Counted from the stretch's first letter, positions 14,002-28,840 are shown. The stretch: DNA of 64,000 bases from Neocallimastix sp. 'constans' (GCA_050613775.1 JBODTK010000124.1:434001-498000); one strand, 5' to 3'. Numbers and translations: made by a program. Notes: generated from the sequence alone by a model not told the origin.

Positions 14002-16814
14002 ATGAAATGTATAACATCTATTCTGATTTTAATAAACCTATTATTAATTTTTGGGGAAACCAACACCCAGCAAGTCATCACAACAAATTCAACACAAAGT
14101 AATGAACAATCACCCCCAGTTGAAAAAATATCAGAATCAGTTATTCAATATCAAAAAAATCCATTATCACTTACAGAAGATTGTAGAAATGTAATAGGCT
14201 TTTTATTAGAACAAAATGAAGATATTATCTATAAAGATATCCCAAATTGTTGTGAAAAAGCTGAAGATACTTATTGGCATTATATTAATTGTGAAAATGG
14301 TTCCATTACTGAAATGTATATATAGAGTTAAATTTATAAATTAAACATTACCGATATTAAATATATAAATATATTTATAAAGTTTTATTTTATTTTTTTT
14401 TTTTTTTTTGGAAAAAAAATATATATATATATATATTTATATATAATGATATTTATAAATATTAATTATTCATTGATATATTCTAAATTGATAAATATTT
14501 TTTTTTAAATTTGTTAAATATATATGTAAATATATATAAATAAAAGGGATTTAAGATTTGATACTAGTAGAATTCAAAAGAAAATTGATTTTTCAAATTT
14601 TCCAATACTAAAAAAGTTAAAATCATTGTAAGTATTATTCATTAAATAAATAATTTAGGGCAATAAAAAAATTCATAATTGAAATTATTTATAATTTTAA
14701 TAAAAAAATAATTTTTTTTTTTTTTTTTTTATTTCATTTTATCTTATAATACTTGATTAATTGAACTTATTTATCTTTAAATCTTTGATATTATCAATAA
14801 AAATAAATCAAACTACATATTAAATTAATATAGTGCTATAGAAGCAAAGTTTATAAACGATGAAGTACCATCTGTATTCTTTGATTTTCCAGAACTTACA
14901 AAATTGTAATATATAATTTATAAGAAAATTTTATATTAATTTCTTAAAAAAATTTTTTTTATTTTTGTACATTATTAAAAATTTCTTTTTTTTTTTTTAC
15001 TGATGAATTGTAATTTCTTTGTTTTATTTAAATAATATTTTCTACAGAGAAATTTCACAATCCAATATAGAAAAAGTTCCAAACAATTTAAATGAACACA
15101 GCTTAATAGAAGAAGTGTAAATATTACTATTATTAAAAATATTTAAAAATATATTGTAATTAATATATATTTTCAAAAAAAAAAAAAAAAAAACTAATGC
15201 TATTAGAAATAAATAAATAATGAATTTAATTCTTATGTTATTATACTTTATTTATTTAATTTATTTATTTATTTATTAATTAATATTTTCATATTTTAGT
15301 GTTTTTTATAATAATTCACTTGTAGGATTTCCCTCTAAACTATTAGATTATCCAAATATAAAAGTTTTGTAAGTATTTTCTATTACCTTCATCTTATTAT
15401 TATTATTATTATTTTTTTTTATTTATTAAAGAATAGTTTTGTATTTAATATTATTTATAAAGTTTAAAATGCTAATAATTAAATCATATTATAATAAAAA
15501 ATTTAAAAAAAAAATTTTTTTTTTTTATTTTTTCTTTAAAGGGATCTATCATTAAATGAAAATATTCGTGAAGTACCAAAAAATATTAAAAACTTAAGCA
15601 ACTTAACAGAATTGTAAGTTTAATTTCATAATGAAAAAGAAAATATATATATATATAGTTATTTATTAAAATATATAATATATATATCTATTTAAATTTA
15701 TGAAAGAATATGTATTAATATAAATAATATATATATATCATTATGATTTATTTACTATAGATATCTTCAAAATACAGGTTTAACTGAATTACCGAAAGAA
15801 ATTTTTTCATTAAGTAATTTAGTAGAATTGTAAGTTTCAAAATCGTTATTAGTATAGATATTTATTATTATTATTATTATTTTAATATTAATAAATATTA
15901 TATATATTAATTAATGTTATAATCTTTTTTTATATATATAATTAAATTTTATTATTAATAAATGTTATATATATTAATTAATGTTATAATCTTTTTATAT
16001 ATATATATAATTAATATTTTATTATTAATATAATTATTATGTAATGTTATTCCAAAAAACAGTGACATTGATAGAAATCCAAAATTAAATGCAATTATTC
16101 ATAATTTTGGAAATAAAATTAAAAATTGTGATTTTAGATATACTAATATACTATGCTATGAGCCAGGATCATGTGAAAATTTTTGTACGGGTGAATCCAA
16201 TGAAGATTTTCGTGAATTTGTAAAAGAAGATGCCATTTCCTATACTATATGTACCAAAAAAATATTAAGTGATCATGAAAAATCATTTTTCCAATCAAAG
16301 CTATTTATTATTCTTTTAGTTATCGCTGTTGTATTGACGATCATCATTTTATCCGTACTTTTATTCCGTTCTTATCGGGATAAAGGTAACTCTAAAAAGA
16401 ATCCTTTAGATCATGATATTTATGTCGCTCCTGTGATAATAAAGAGAGAACCTATCGTGATTAATAATGGAGAAATTCTCTCAAATGACAAAAGCCCTAA
16501 TATTCCTGCTATTCATATACCTAATATTAGTGATGCTAATTCTAAAATGTCTAATAGTAGTTTTATCAGTGATGACTCCACAATCTCACCATTAAGTAAT
16601 CACCATTCTACTAATAGTCCAATAATTAGTCCACTCTCCAGTTCCCCAACGACCAGTCCAAGATTAAAGTATTATTATAGTGATAATAAACATAATACCT
16701 TACCTATTTATAGACAAAATGAAAAAAATATACCTGAATTTAGTTTATCGGAAACCAATCGTAGAACGATTGCTATTACTCGTCCTAATTTCAACTTACA
16801 TAACATGAATAACA

Positions 16815-16862
<48 letters not shown>

Positions 16863-17503
16863 GTGAAAAACACGCGAAATCCTATTCATATGATAAAACG
16901 CTAGAATCTATGATCATAGAAGCGGAATTAATAGATGAATTTAATGTAGATAATAATGACAATGATAAAAATTTACCTCCTTATTCTGAACCTTTTGATA
17001 AATCATTGAATAACTATATTAATTATCAAGAAAATTCACCAATAAATATTAGTAATAATATTAGTAATAATAATAATGATAATAATAATGATAATAATAA
17101 TGATAATAATATTAATGATAATGATAATAATAATCAAAATAATGATAATAACAATAATGCTATGAATAATAATAGCATCGCTTCTGATCATGATAATACT
17201 ACCTTTGATGAAATTGATTTAACAAATACCATAAATAATAATTTACATAGTCATATCAATGATAATATAAAATTACCTTCTTATTCTGAATCAGTTATAC
17301 AGCGACCCCAAGATAGTAATAATTTATTAAAACTTACGACCTCAAATAATACTTCACCTTCACCATCGCCATCACCCCTTAGTAAAAAACGATCCCTACA
17401 TAGTCTCCACGATATTGCTTCTTTATGTATCACAAATCAAGTGGATGACTCCTCAAGTAGCAAGAATATAATACCTACTAAAGAAATAAATAATAAAAAA
17501 TGA
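14002..17503 (+). CDS. LRR receptor-like type I membrane protein, about 728 aa, 8 exons
   Basis: Exons 14002-14315, 14547-14627, 14834-14905, 15048-15116, 15300-15368, 15542-15613, 15761-15829, 16063-17503. All introns are GT-AG and phase 2, and the exons join into one frame. Signal peptide (MKCITSILILINLLLIFG), Cys cap, LRRs (LDLSLNENIREVPKNIKNLSNLTEL, LYLQNTGLTELPKEIFSLSNLVEL), Cys-rich C-cap, TM helix LFIILLVIAVVLTIIILSVLLF, Ser/Asn-rich tail. Confidence 0.85.
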
Positions 17504-17569
17504 ATCCTACAAATTCTCACAAATCCGCCAAATCACATAAAACATAGAAATAAACCAACAAACAAACAA

Positions 17570-17607
<38 letters not shown>

Positions 17608-17713
17608 AAGATATAAAATAAAATAAAATAAAATAATAGTAGTAAACATCAAAATAATGATACAACCAATAATTAAATTTATTTTATATATATATATATT
17701 ATAATATAATAAC

Positions 17714-17744
<31 letters not shown>

Positions 17745-18602
17745 TTATTTAAATTAAAAGTTTGATTTTATTTATTTAATTTTTTAACAAAATATTTTTT
17801 TTTATCTTTCTCTTAATAATATAAAAAGAAAAATAAAACAAACGATCAAACCACAACTAAATAAATAAAATAAAATAAAATAAAATAAAAAATAAAAAAA
17901 TAAAAAAAAAAAAAAAAGATTAAATAATTATAATAATTAATAATTAATAATTAATAATTAATGTATAATTAAAAAAACTAAATAAATAAAGTCTATTTAT
18001 ATTAGTATTTATTTTTGTTCTATTGTTCTTAATGTTTTTATATTTTTATTTTTTTATTTTTTTTTATTTTGTTTTTGTTTTTGTTTTTTTTATCTCAAAT
18101 AAAACTATTTTAACTCTCTAATTTAAAGTTTTCTATTATATTTCATTTTTTTTTAAAAAAAAGGAAAAAGAAAAAATTATTATTATTATTAAAAAATATA
18201 ATTAATTAATTAATGAACAAATAGTTAAATATATTTTTTATTTCAAAAAAAAAAAAGTTAAAATTTTATGTATTTGATTTAATACAAAAATTATTCATAA
18301 TAAAATGTTATAGAACATCAAATTACATACAAAAAGGTCTTTTAATTTATTAATATTTTAAAAAAAAAAATAAAATGAATGATATCCCTTTTACAGAACT
18401 CTATTCAAAATTAATAGTAGTAATATAAAAAAAAATAATTATTAACTATTGTTAAGTAGTTAAAAAATAAAATAAAATAAAATAATTAATAATAATAATA
18501 ATTAATAATAATAATAATTAATAATAATTAAATTTATAACCAAGAATTACTTTAAAAAATTATTCTTTACCACCACAAAAACCACAACCACAACCACAAC
18601 CA

Positions 18603-18635
<33 letters not shown>

Positions 18636-19099
18636 ATAGCATTCCTTTTTTTTTTTTGTTAAAATTCTTGATGACATTTTATTATAAAATCATAAATAAA
18701 TAATATTTACTAAAAAAGAAAAAAAAAATTTTTTTTTTTTTGAAAAATTATTTGATTGGATTATTAAATAAAAATTTGAAAATTTCATATATTATATTAT
18801 ACTATTTTATCATATAATATACTTTTTAATTTTTAATGGTTTATTAAAATAATAAAATAAACAAAATACAAATATTTTATATTATTTTATATTATATATC
18901 AACTTTTTTTTTTACTATTAATTTTTTTTTTTATTTTTTTTTTCATTTATTAAATTCTTTTCATTAATTCTATAATAATAAATACAATAAAAATATATAT
19001 AACATATATAACATATAAAAATATATATAACTTATAAAAATATATATAACTTATAAAAATATAAAAAATATAAAATAGTCTTTTTTTTTTTTTTAAACA

Positions 19100-19693
19100 A
19101 TGAGCTCGGACAATATGACGACGGAAAATACTAAAACTAATGAAAAAAAAAATACTGAAGTGACGATAACGGAAGAATTATTAATTCGTATCGCACCCAA
19201 CGGTAGTTTATTACGTCCAGATGATGCCGAAATTGTTAAAAAGCAACTTGGTAAAAAACCTCGTGGTTTAATCGCTATGGGTGCCCGTTGTTGTTGTGGA
19301 AAGCCTGCTGTAACTATTACTTCACCACGTCTTCCCGACGGCTCCCCCTTCCCAACATTTTTATACCTCTGTCTTCCGGAACTCATTAGAGAAGTATCTC
19401 GTGTAGAGGCAACAGGTATTATGAAAGAAATGACCGAACAACTTAAATCCGATCCAAAGGCACTTGAAGCCTACAAAAAGGCACATACTAGTTACATTGC
19501 ACGTCGTAATTTACTTGGTTATGTACCAGAAATTGCTAATGTATCTGCAGGAGGAATGCCTTCACATATTAAATGTTTACATTCACTTGTTGGATATTCA
19601 CTAGCAGCAGGTAAAGGAGTATGTCTTATTGGTGATAAGGTTTTAGAGATGATAAATTGGGATACTTCTGTATGTCACTGTGAAAATAAATAA
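19100..19693 (+). CDS. DUF501-family protein (Rv1025-like), bacterial type, 197 aa
   Basis: Intronless ORF with DUF501 hallmarks recognised from memory: QLGKKPRG, RCCCGKP, PRLPDGSPFPTFLYL, VSRVEATG, SAGGMPSHIKCLHSLVGYSLA, IGD. Confidence 0.88.
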   Translation: MSSDNMTTENTKTNEKKNTEVTITEELLIRIAPNGSLLRPDDAEIVKKQLGKKPRGLIAMGARCCCGKPAVTITSPRLPDGSPFPTFLYLCLPELIREVSRVEATGIMKEMTEQLKSDPKALEAYKKAHTSYIARRNLLGYVPEIANVSAGGMPSHIKCLHSLVGYSLAAGKGVCLIGDKVLEMINWDTSVCHCENK

Positions 19694-20671
19694 AGTAGGA
19701 TGATAAAGTTTGAATTGGAAAAAAAAAAAAAATATTTCAAATTATTGTTATTCTAAATAAAAAAACCAATATGCATAATATATACATATATATATAAAAG
19801 TATTTCAAATATTAAAGAAGAAAATTATAAATAAAACAATAAAACAAATTATTCATTTTAATTTTTTTTTTTTTTTTAGAAAAAAAAAAAAAAAAAAGTA
19901 TTAAACGTTATCATTATACCTTTCGCACTCATTTTTCATAAACACACAGTAAATATTATATTACAAAAAGTATAACTATATATTTATTGTAGTAACTATA
20001 TATAGATTATAATATTTTTTTATTTTCAATAATAAAAAAAAAAAAAAAAATATGAACAAGTAAAACAAAAAAAAAAACAAATAATACCAAAGAAAAAAAA
20101 AAAAAATAGACAAATAGATAATTTTAATTTTAAACAATGTAAATTTTTTTTTTTTTTTTTTTTATTATAATCAATCTATCTTTTAAATTCGATATATTAT
20201 CATTTTATAATTAAAATCAATTAATATATGTATATATATATCTAATACTTTAATTTTATAATAAAATGAAGTAATAATAGGTATTTATTATTACAATTTT
20301 ATATTTAAATATAAATTATTAAAAAAAAAAAAAAATTGCCTTTTTTAAAATTGTAATTTCTATTTACATTTCAATTTTTAAATCTATTTTCATTTCAATT
20401 TAAAATTTCATGATAGGATTTCAACTTTTTTTTTTTTTTTTTTTTTTGATATATAATATTTTGATTGGTTTAATACATTAAAAAAATAATAATAATAATA
20501 ATTAAATATTTTTATATTTATAAAAAATATATATATATATGTATTCATTTATAAGTAACTTTTTTAAAATATTGAATTATTAATAATTAGGGTATTAAAG
20601 GACGACGTTGAAGTGAATTATTTTTATTTTATTTTATTTTATTTTATTTTATTTTTAATCTATTATTTATA

Positions 20672-20703
<32 letters not shown>

Positions 20704-20837
20704 ATTTTTTTTTTGAAAAAGTAATTTTGTTAAATATCTAAAAGTGTTTGTTCGTTTTTTTTTTTTTTTTTTTTAGCTAATTAAATTTAAAATATTCAAA
20801 ATGATAACTAATATAATTTTTTTTTTTTTATTTATTA

Positions 20838-20873
<36 letters not shown>

Positions 20874-21220
20874 AATAGAAAAATAATATTAATAATAATA
20901 ATAATATGTAATAATAAATAATAAATATTTTGATAAAATATATATATATATGGTTTGGTTAAACAAATTATTAAGAGTAATAATCGTATTAACTTATGAG
21001 ATAGTCATAGAATGAAGCAACATATAAAATAATAATAATAAAAAAAAAAAAAAAAAAAGGAGTGAGATTTCTATTTTTACATTTATTTTAATTTTTACTT
21101 TTATTTTAATTTTTTATTTTTATTTATTTATTATTATAATTTTTATTTATTTTTTATTTCTATTTCCTATTTCTATTTCTATTTCTTATTTCTATTTCTA
21201 TTTTTATTTATTATTTTATG

Positions 21221-21265
<45 letters not shown>

Positions 21266-21310
21266 TACTATAATTAAAGACAGTTCAATTTTTAATTGTT
21301 TATGAAATTC

Positions 21311-21344
<34 letters not shown>

Positions 21345-21680
21345 TATATGAACATGTATAAATATATATATATTTCATGATATTCTTTAAAATATAATTT
21401 TTAAAATTATATCTATACTTGATTGAAAATTATTATATATTAAAAAATGAATTAGTTTTTTTGATGGAGAATATTTAATTATTATTTTATACTATAACAA
21501 ACAAACAAATAGACAAATAAACAAACAAAAAAAAAAAAACTACTTTTATTCAAAAGTAGTTTGTTGGTTTGTTAAAATTCAAATTATTTAATCAATTTAA
21601 TCTTCTCTATTCAAAAAAAAAATTTAATAGTAATTAATAAAGTTTACGATGGAAAATAAATTTGTACTACCCTAAAAAAT

Positions 21681-21739
<59 letters not shown>

Positions 21740-21949
21740 TAAATGGAAAAGGTTTGATTCATGATTCATGATTCATTATATTTTATTTTATTTTATTTTT
21801 TTTTTTTATTTTTTTTTATTTTTTTTTCTTTATTTTTTTATTATTATTATTATTATTTTTTTTTCATTTACTTTAATATTTTTGTTTATTATATATATAT
21901 ATATTTTAGGATATTTTAATTTATTATTATTATTTTTTTTTAAATATTA

Positions 21950-22470
21950 TTATCATAATCTTTTTCTGAATCTAAAGAAACATCCAAGGATTTTTGTTCA
22001 ATTATCAATGCAAAATTCAAAAAGAGATCATCTAGAAAAGGTAAAGATTTATTTCTGTAATTTTCTAATTCTTTACAGGCAAAGATCCAGTGAGAAAAGC
22101 TAGGTACACTAACACCACAACAAGGGCAACATTTAGGGCAATCTTCTGAGACGATTTTTCTTTTAATGGAAATACTAATGTCGAATTTAAAACCACACCT
22201 AATACGAGAAATCCAAAAGAATCCCAACTGATACTTAGGATATTGAAATGTTAAGTTTCTGATTTCTGAAATAAATCCAAAATCATTCTCCTTGTAAATA
22301 ATTGCTTTTTTAGCTTTAGAGGGCTTGAAGACATCTCTTTCCCAATAAAACTTTTTTATTTCACTTGTTTTCTTACCATTTAATTTCTTATCCAAAGTCC
22401 TTGATTCTTTAGTCCATGAATAATGTGACATAGTAGGAATATTATTAGTGAGATGATTAATAATACATGA
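21950..22470 (-). mobile_element. Fragment of non-LTR retrotransposon (LINE) ORF2 C-terminal region
   Basis: GC-richer island in AT DNA encoding RIRCG...CPCC-x7-HWIFAC, resembling the C-terminal CCHC (zf-RVT-like) knuckle of LINE ORF2. No RT core; it runs into low-complexity DNA at both ends. Confidence 0.6.
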
Positions 22471-22843
22471 TGAGTTTAATAATTTACAATAAAATATTAT
22501 TATTATTATTATTTTTTTTTTTAATTATTATTAATTATTAATTATTACTATTTAAATATTTATTTATTTAAATATTTATTTATTTATTTATTTATTTATT
22601 ATAAAATTCACTTTTAGAATCTATTCTCCAATGTAAAAAAAAAAAAAAAAAAAAAAATAAAAAAAAAAAATAACATTAACAACAATAGAAGACGGATCGT
22701 ATTTTTAATAAAAAATCCTCAAATAAAAGATAAATATATAGATTTATATATAAATATTTTTAAAAAGATATTCATATATATATTATATGTAGTTTAATAG
22801 TAATTTATTTTTATTTTTACTTTTATTTTTACTTTTATTTTTA

Positions 22844-22876
<33 letters not shown>

Positions 22877-23396
22877 TTTTTTTTTTTAATTAATAGATTA
22901 TAAAAATATATATATAAATATATAATTTATATTTATATTTTTTTATTTTTTTTGTTATTGTTATAGCATTGTCATTATAAAAATTGTATTTATTTTTTTT
23001 TTTTTTCCTATGGTTATTTTTATTTTTATTTTTTTTTTTTTAATTATATTATATTATTGTCTATTTTAATAATTGTTTTAATTTTCTACTATATATTATA
23101 TATATCTATATATATTCTTGATAAATATTTTTAAATAATAAAAATAATTAATAATACTCATTATTAACATATATATATTCTTGATAAATATTTTTTTTAA
23201 ATAATTAATAATACTTTTTATAATCATATATATATATATATTCTTAATAAATATTTTTTTAAATAATTAATAATACTTTTTATTATCATATATATATATA
23301 TATATGATAATAATATTGCTATTAATTATCAAATTAATTTATTATTAATTTTTTTTTTTTTATTTGTTTTATATATATATTTATAATATATATATA

Positions 23397-23447
<51 letters not shown>

Positions 23448-23454
<7 letters not shown>

Positions 23455-23992
23455 TGTTTTTTAACTTGTAATACATAAAATAATAAAGAGACTCCTTCAG
23501 TTGGAAAACTACCAACTAATAAGTCAATGGGTATAATTTTTGAATCATCAATTTTGTACCATTGGAAACTATTAGATATATGAGTATAGGCAATATAACG
23601 ACCATCCTTTTGAGTAACAAAGCCATGAAGTTTATAAAAGGTACTATTACTTTCATTTCTATATTCTGGATGAACATGTGCACCCATATCAATTTCCATT
23701 GGAATTCTAATTGGACGATTAAGTGAACGTTTCATACATCTTTCTCTACGAATAGGATTAAATGATATCTCCATCGTTGTAGTACCATCTCTTACAATTG
23801 AAAATACTAAAATTTCAGGTAAATGTACAAAACTAGTATATCTCACTATATGACGATGAACTCCATCATTATCTACACATGATTTACAATTACAGTTAAA
23901 ATCGGTTTTTTGATTACTGAATATAGTTGGAAATACATAATCACTTAATATTATTTCATCATCATTTGATTCTTGAGGTCTTGAAATATTGG

Positions 23993-24035
<43 letters not shown>

Positions 24036-26369
24036 ATATAATAATTTGAGGTAATAGTAATAAAAATTATTTATTATAAATGTGAGGGTGGTGATGGTAT
24101 GGTGTTTATATTAAGTAAATCATTGACAAATATATAATATAAAATGAAATAAAATATAATTATATATAAGATAATTATATAAATAAAATTTATATATAAA
24201 TATAAGTATAAATATAAATATAAATATAAATATAAATATAAATATAAATATAAATATAAATATAAATATAAATATAAATATAAATATAAATATAAATAAA
24301 AAATAAAAAATAAAAAAAAAAAGTATATATTTAAATATATTAATGTATTTATATATTTATATATTTATATATTTATATATTTATATATTCATTGAATAAA
24401 TAATATTACTTTACCATCACTATTTAAAGTAATAAAAGGTATTTCATTTTCTTTTGAATCAGTATCAGTATTCATAGTTTCTTTATTTTGACTTTCTTTA
24501 TTTTTTAAGGATTCATCTATAAAAACAGGTAAATGATTAAGTTCTTCACGCATGATATCGATAAAAGAAATTTCATATTTATTCTTTTCTTTAATTTCTT
24601 TTGTTAAAAGTAATGGGAAGAAACGACAATACTTCATTACGGATTTCTGTGATTTCTTTTTACATATACTACACATATCTCTGCATATAATAGTTGCTTG
24701 ACATCTAGATCTTAGTCGAGTACCTACTAAAATTTTATCTAATAATATACGAGCAAATTCTGATGAATAGTTACAACGATTCATATTATCTGAAACATAT
24801 AAACCTTTTGAGGTTTTAAATGAAGATTGTGCAATGTCACTAAAATAATCAATAAATGGATCTTGAATAGATGAAAATAAAGTTTGGATTAATGATGTTG
24901 GATTAACCGTTAATGAATCATTATAATTATCATTTAAATCGGCTAATAATTTTGGATCATTTTTATTAATTTTTAAAATTTCTTGTAAAGTGTCATCATC
25001 ACTTTGAATAATTTGTAATAATTTATATAATTCACGTTGAGCATCATTCAACATACAATTATATCTAAAATATTTAAAAAAATAAAAATGAAAATAAAAA
25101 TAAAAATAAAAAATAAAAATAAAAAATAAAATTATATATATGTATAATAAAAATAAATATATATATTATAATATATATAATAATATAATATAGTAATATA
25201 ATAATATAATAATATAATAATATAAAAATAATATAATAATATAATAACATAAAAATATAAAAATATAAAAATATAAAAATTTTATAATTTTATAATTTAA
25301 TAATTTAATAATATGATTATATTTAAATAATATGATAATATTTAAATAATAATAATAATAATAATATCATATTATTATATTTATATTTATATTATATTTA
25401 TATAGTATTTATAAAATATTTATAAAGACAAGAGATAATTATTAAAAATATTATAAAATAAAATAAAATAAAATAATAAAGTAATAATAAAATATATATA
25501 TAAATTTTATACATAATAAAATAAAATTTTATATAAAATTTATTATTATATTTATCTTTTTTTTTTTTTTTTTTTTAATATTATTTTATATTACTTATAC
25601 TAAAAATTTTAAAAATATTTATATATACATATATATATTAATAATATTACCTTGGAAAACTTGTTTCAGCACCTGGTAAATTGCATAAAACTTGTAATGT
25701 TGATGTAATCCAACAACAACGACTATCTTCTAAACCATCTGAAATTAAAGGTGTTTGTTTATCTTTAGTGAAATATATTTGACAAGTATTATGAAGTGTA
25801 TCGGAACCATTACTAACAGAATTTATTTTATTGGGTGAAGAAGGTTGGTTATTATCATTATTATCATCATTATCTTTATTGTCATCAAGATTACTTAAAT
25901 CAATATCTCTTGTTGTAATTTCCATTGGCTCTTCCTCTTTATTTTCAACTTTATTCATGTATACTGAATCAATAGGTCTTATATAATCATTACGAGTATT
26001 AAATACTGATTCTAAAATAAGCATATCAACTTCATCATATTCATGTTCACACACTGCAGGAACATCTTCTAAATCTAAAATAGGAATATTATTAATACCA
26101 TTAACCGGTGCAATATGTTGAGCAAAGCCACAACTTCCATTACAAGAAGCTAAATGTTCATGAGAAGTAGAAACATGTGGGAATGGAGAAGGACTCGGTG
26201 GTGAAACGATAATTTCAGGAACTTTTATAGACGCATTATCAGAAGTGAAATTAGAATGTAAATAAACATCGGGTTCACTATTGTAGTTTGTTTGTTTAAC
26301 ACTTAAAAGATTACTATCACTTTTACTGACCTTTCCTTTTAAATCTTTATATATCTTCGAAAGTCTCAT
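23448..26369 (-). CDS. Ubiquitin-specific protease (peptidase C19)-like protein, probably catalytically inactive, about 638 aa, 3 exons
   Basis: Exons 26369-25651, 25064-24415, 23995-23448 (GT-AG, frame-consistent). Cys-box-like GLEDSRCCWITSTLQVLCNLP; finger cysteines CSIC and CKSC; LPEILVF; His-box-like YKLHGFVTQKDGRYIAY...WYKIDDS. Confidence 0.75.
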
Positions 26370-26496
26370 CTTTTTTTTAAAAAAAAATTATCTATATATT
26401 TTCTATTATATAATAATTAATAATTTTTTTATTTTATATATTAAAATTTAAGAATTAATTAAAATATATATATATACTATAATTTATTTTCTTTTA

Positions 26497-26540
<44 letters not shown>

Positions 26541-28328
26541 ATATTATTATTATATTATCCAGCAAAACAATAAATTATACACATTGAATTTAAAAATATA
26601 CTAATTATATTTTAATCTATATATACTTATGTTTTTTTTTTTTTTTTAAATTTTTTTTATATCAAATTCCACTTTATTCTAAATTATTCCTTTTTTTTTT
26701 TTTTTATTAATTCAAATATATATTCTTTATTATCTAATTCAAATAGGATACTATTCCTATTTTCACATAATATATTTTTTATTTCAATTTTATATATTAA
26801 TATGAAATCCAATTTATATATATATATAATACAATATTTTAATTCTTCCTTGTGTTATTATAATTATTATTTATCATTATTTCATTTATTTTATTATTAT
26901 TATTTTATTATTATGTTTTGTTAATAATTGATTAGTACTTTAATGTTATATTAATAGAAATGTGTTAAACTATTGAATCTTTTATATAAAAATAATCTTT
27001 TTATTTTTCCCTTATTATTTTTTACAGAATATATATATGTATATACTTTTTTATAAATAAAAAAATTAATTTTATAAATTTATTTTCTTTTATAAAAGTT
27101 AAAAAATAAAAAATAAAAAAATATATATAAATATAATACAATTTACCTAAAAATTAAGTATACATACATAAAAGATGTATCATTTATTATATATATGAAA
27201 ATATTAATATTTTATTTATTATTCGGAATAATATGAAATAATATGGAATAAAATATAAAAAAAAAAAAAAAATAAAATAAAATATATAATACTATGAATG
27301 TTTTTATTTTATTGAACTATTATTCTATTCAAATAAAAATAAATGCCTTTTTAATGTGTTAATATTTCCTTTAATACATCATATTTTTGCATTTTATCTC
27401 ATATTTATTAATATAAATTTCATTTTTAAGATTATTAATACTTTTTTTTTTTCATTAATTAATTTTTATGTTTATTATTCAATATCAATTATTCATTCAA
27501 GTTACTTCATCATTTTTAAAAAAAGTTAATAATACATGTAGCTTTTAATTTTTGGAATTATTTTATTAAAATAAGAAATAAAAAAATAAAAGTAAAAAAA
27601 AAATATATATATATATATATATGAAATTTAAATTTTAAATAATTTAAATTTTATTATAATAAATATATTCCTTATTATTCATCCATCTTTTGTTACTCAT
27701 TTATCAATTAATTATAATAATTTTATATATTTTTGATTATAATTTAAATTACCTTTTCCTTTGAAGTAATAGTCTTAATTGATTTATTATTACTTTTTTT
27801 AACTTTTTTTATATAGTTATTCTAAAATGTTAGTAGTAAAGAAAAAAAATGTTTTTGTTAATATACTTTGCATGAAATTAAAATTTTAAAATTTATATGG
27901 AACATTTTTTTAATAATGAATATAATATTATTTATTTATTTATTATTTTTTATTTATTTATTTATTTATTATTTATTTATTTAAATTGTATTTATATTAT
28001 TAAAATTATATTCTATGTGGTTATTTATTATTTATTATTTATTATTTATTATTTATTATTTATTATTTATTATATTATATATACAATTATATCAATAAAC
28101 TTAATTAATAATCAAATATTATTAAGAAAATTTAGCTTTCACACGAATTAATTTTTTATTTACTAATTTTAATAGAATTACTAATAAAAAAATTTTTTTT
28201 ATATCATTTGTTTTAAAATTATAAATTATAATATTTAGAACATTTTTAATATATGAAGAAAACTCTTTTTTTTTTTTTTTTTTTTTTTTTTATTTTTTAT
28301 TTTTTTTTTTTTCATTAGTAATAGAATC

Positions 28329-28360
<32 letters not shown>

Positions 28361-28840
28361 TTGATTAATATAATAGTATAATAAATCCATAATTATAATA
28401 ATATTAATATAATTATATTTTAATTATATTATTATTAATACATCATTCTTTAATTTAAAAAATTATGAAAAGATAAAATATCTAACATCTAACATTACTA
28501 ATAAAAAAATATGTATTTTATTTTTATTCTTAATCTTAATAACCTAAAAAACAAAAAAAAAAAAAAAAAAAAAAAATTAAAAATAAAGATAATAAATAAA
28601 AATATAAAATAAAAATAAATAAATGAAATACAATTGCAATTTTATATTTCATATATAATTATGTTAATTAATTAAGTATAATTAAAAAAAAAAAAAAATT
28701 TCTTATAAAAAAAATAATAATAAATGAATAAAATATAATTTGAAAAAGCTTTTTCTTTTAAAGTCTTTATAAAAATTAATTTTATTTGTTTATATAAATC
28801 TATACTTATTGGTTTGAGTAATGAATTACAAAAATAGAAT

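Noticed and set aside
23100..23290. Three imperfect ~57-bp repeats, and small duplications near 750-840, 15900-16030 and 61100-61165
   Set aside because: Ordinary slippage products in low-complexity DNA.
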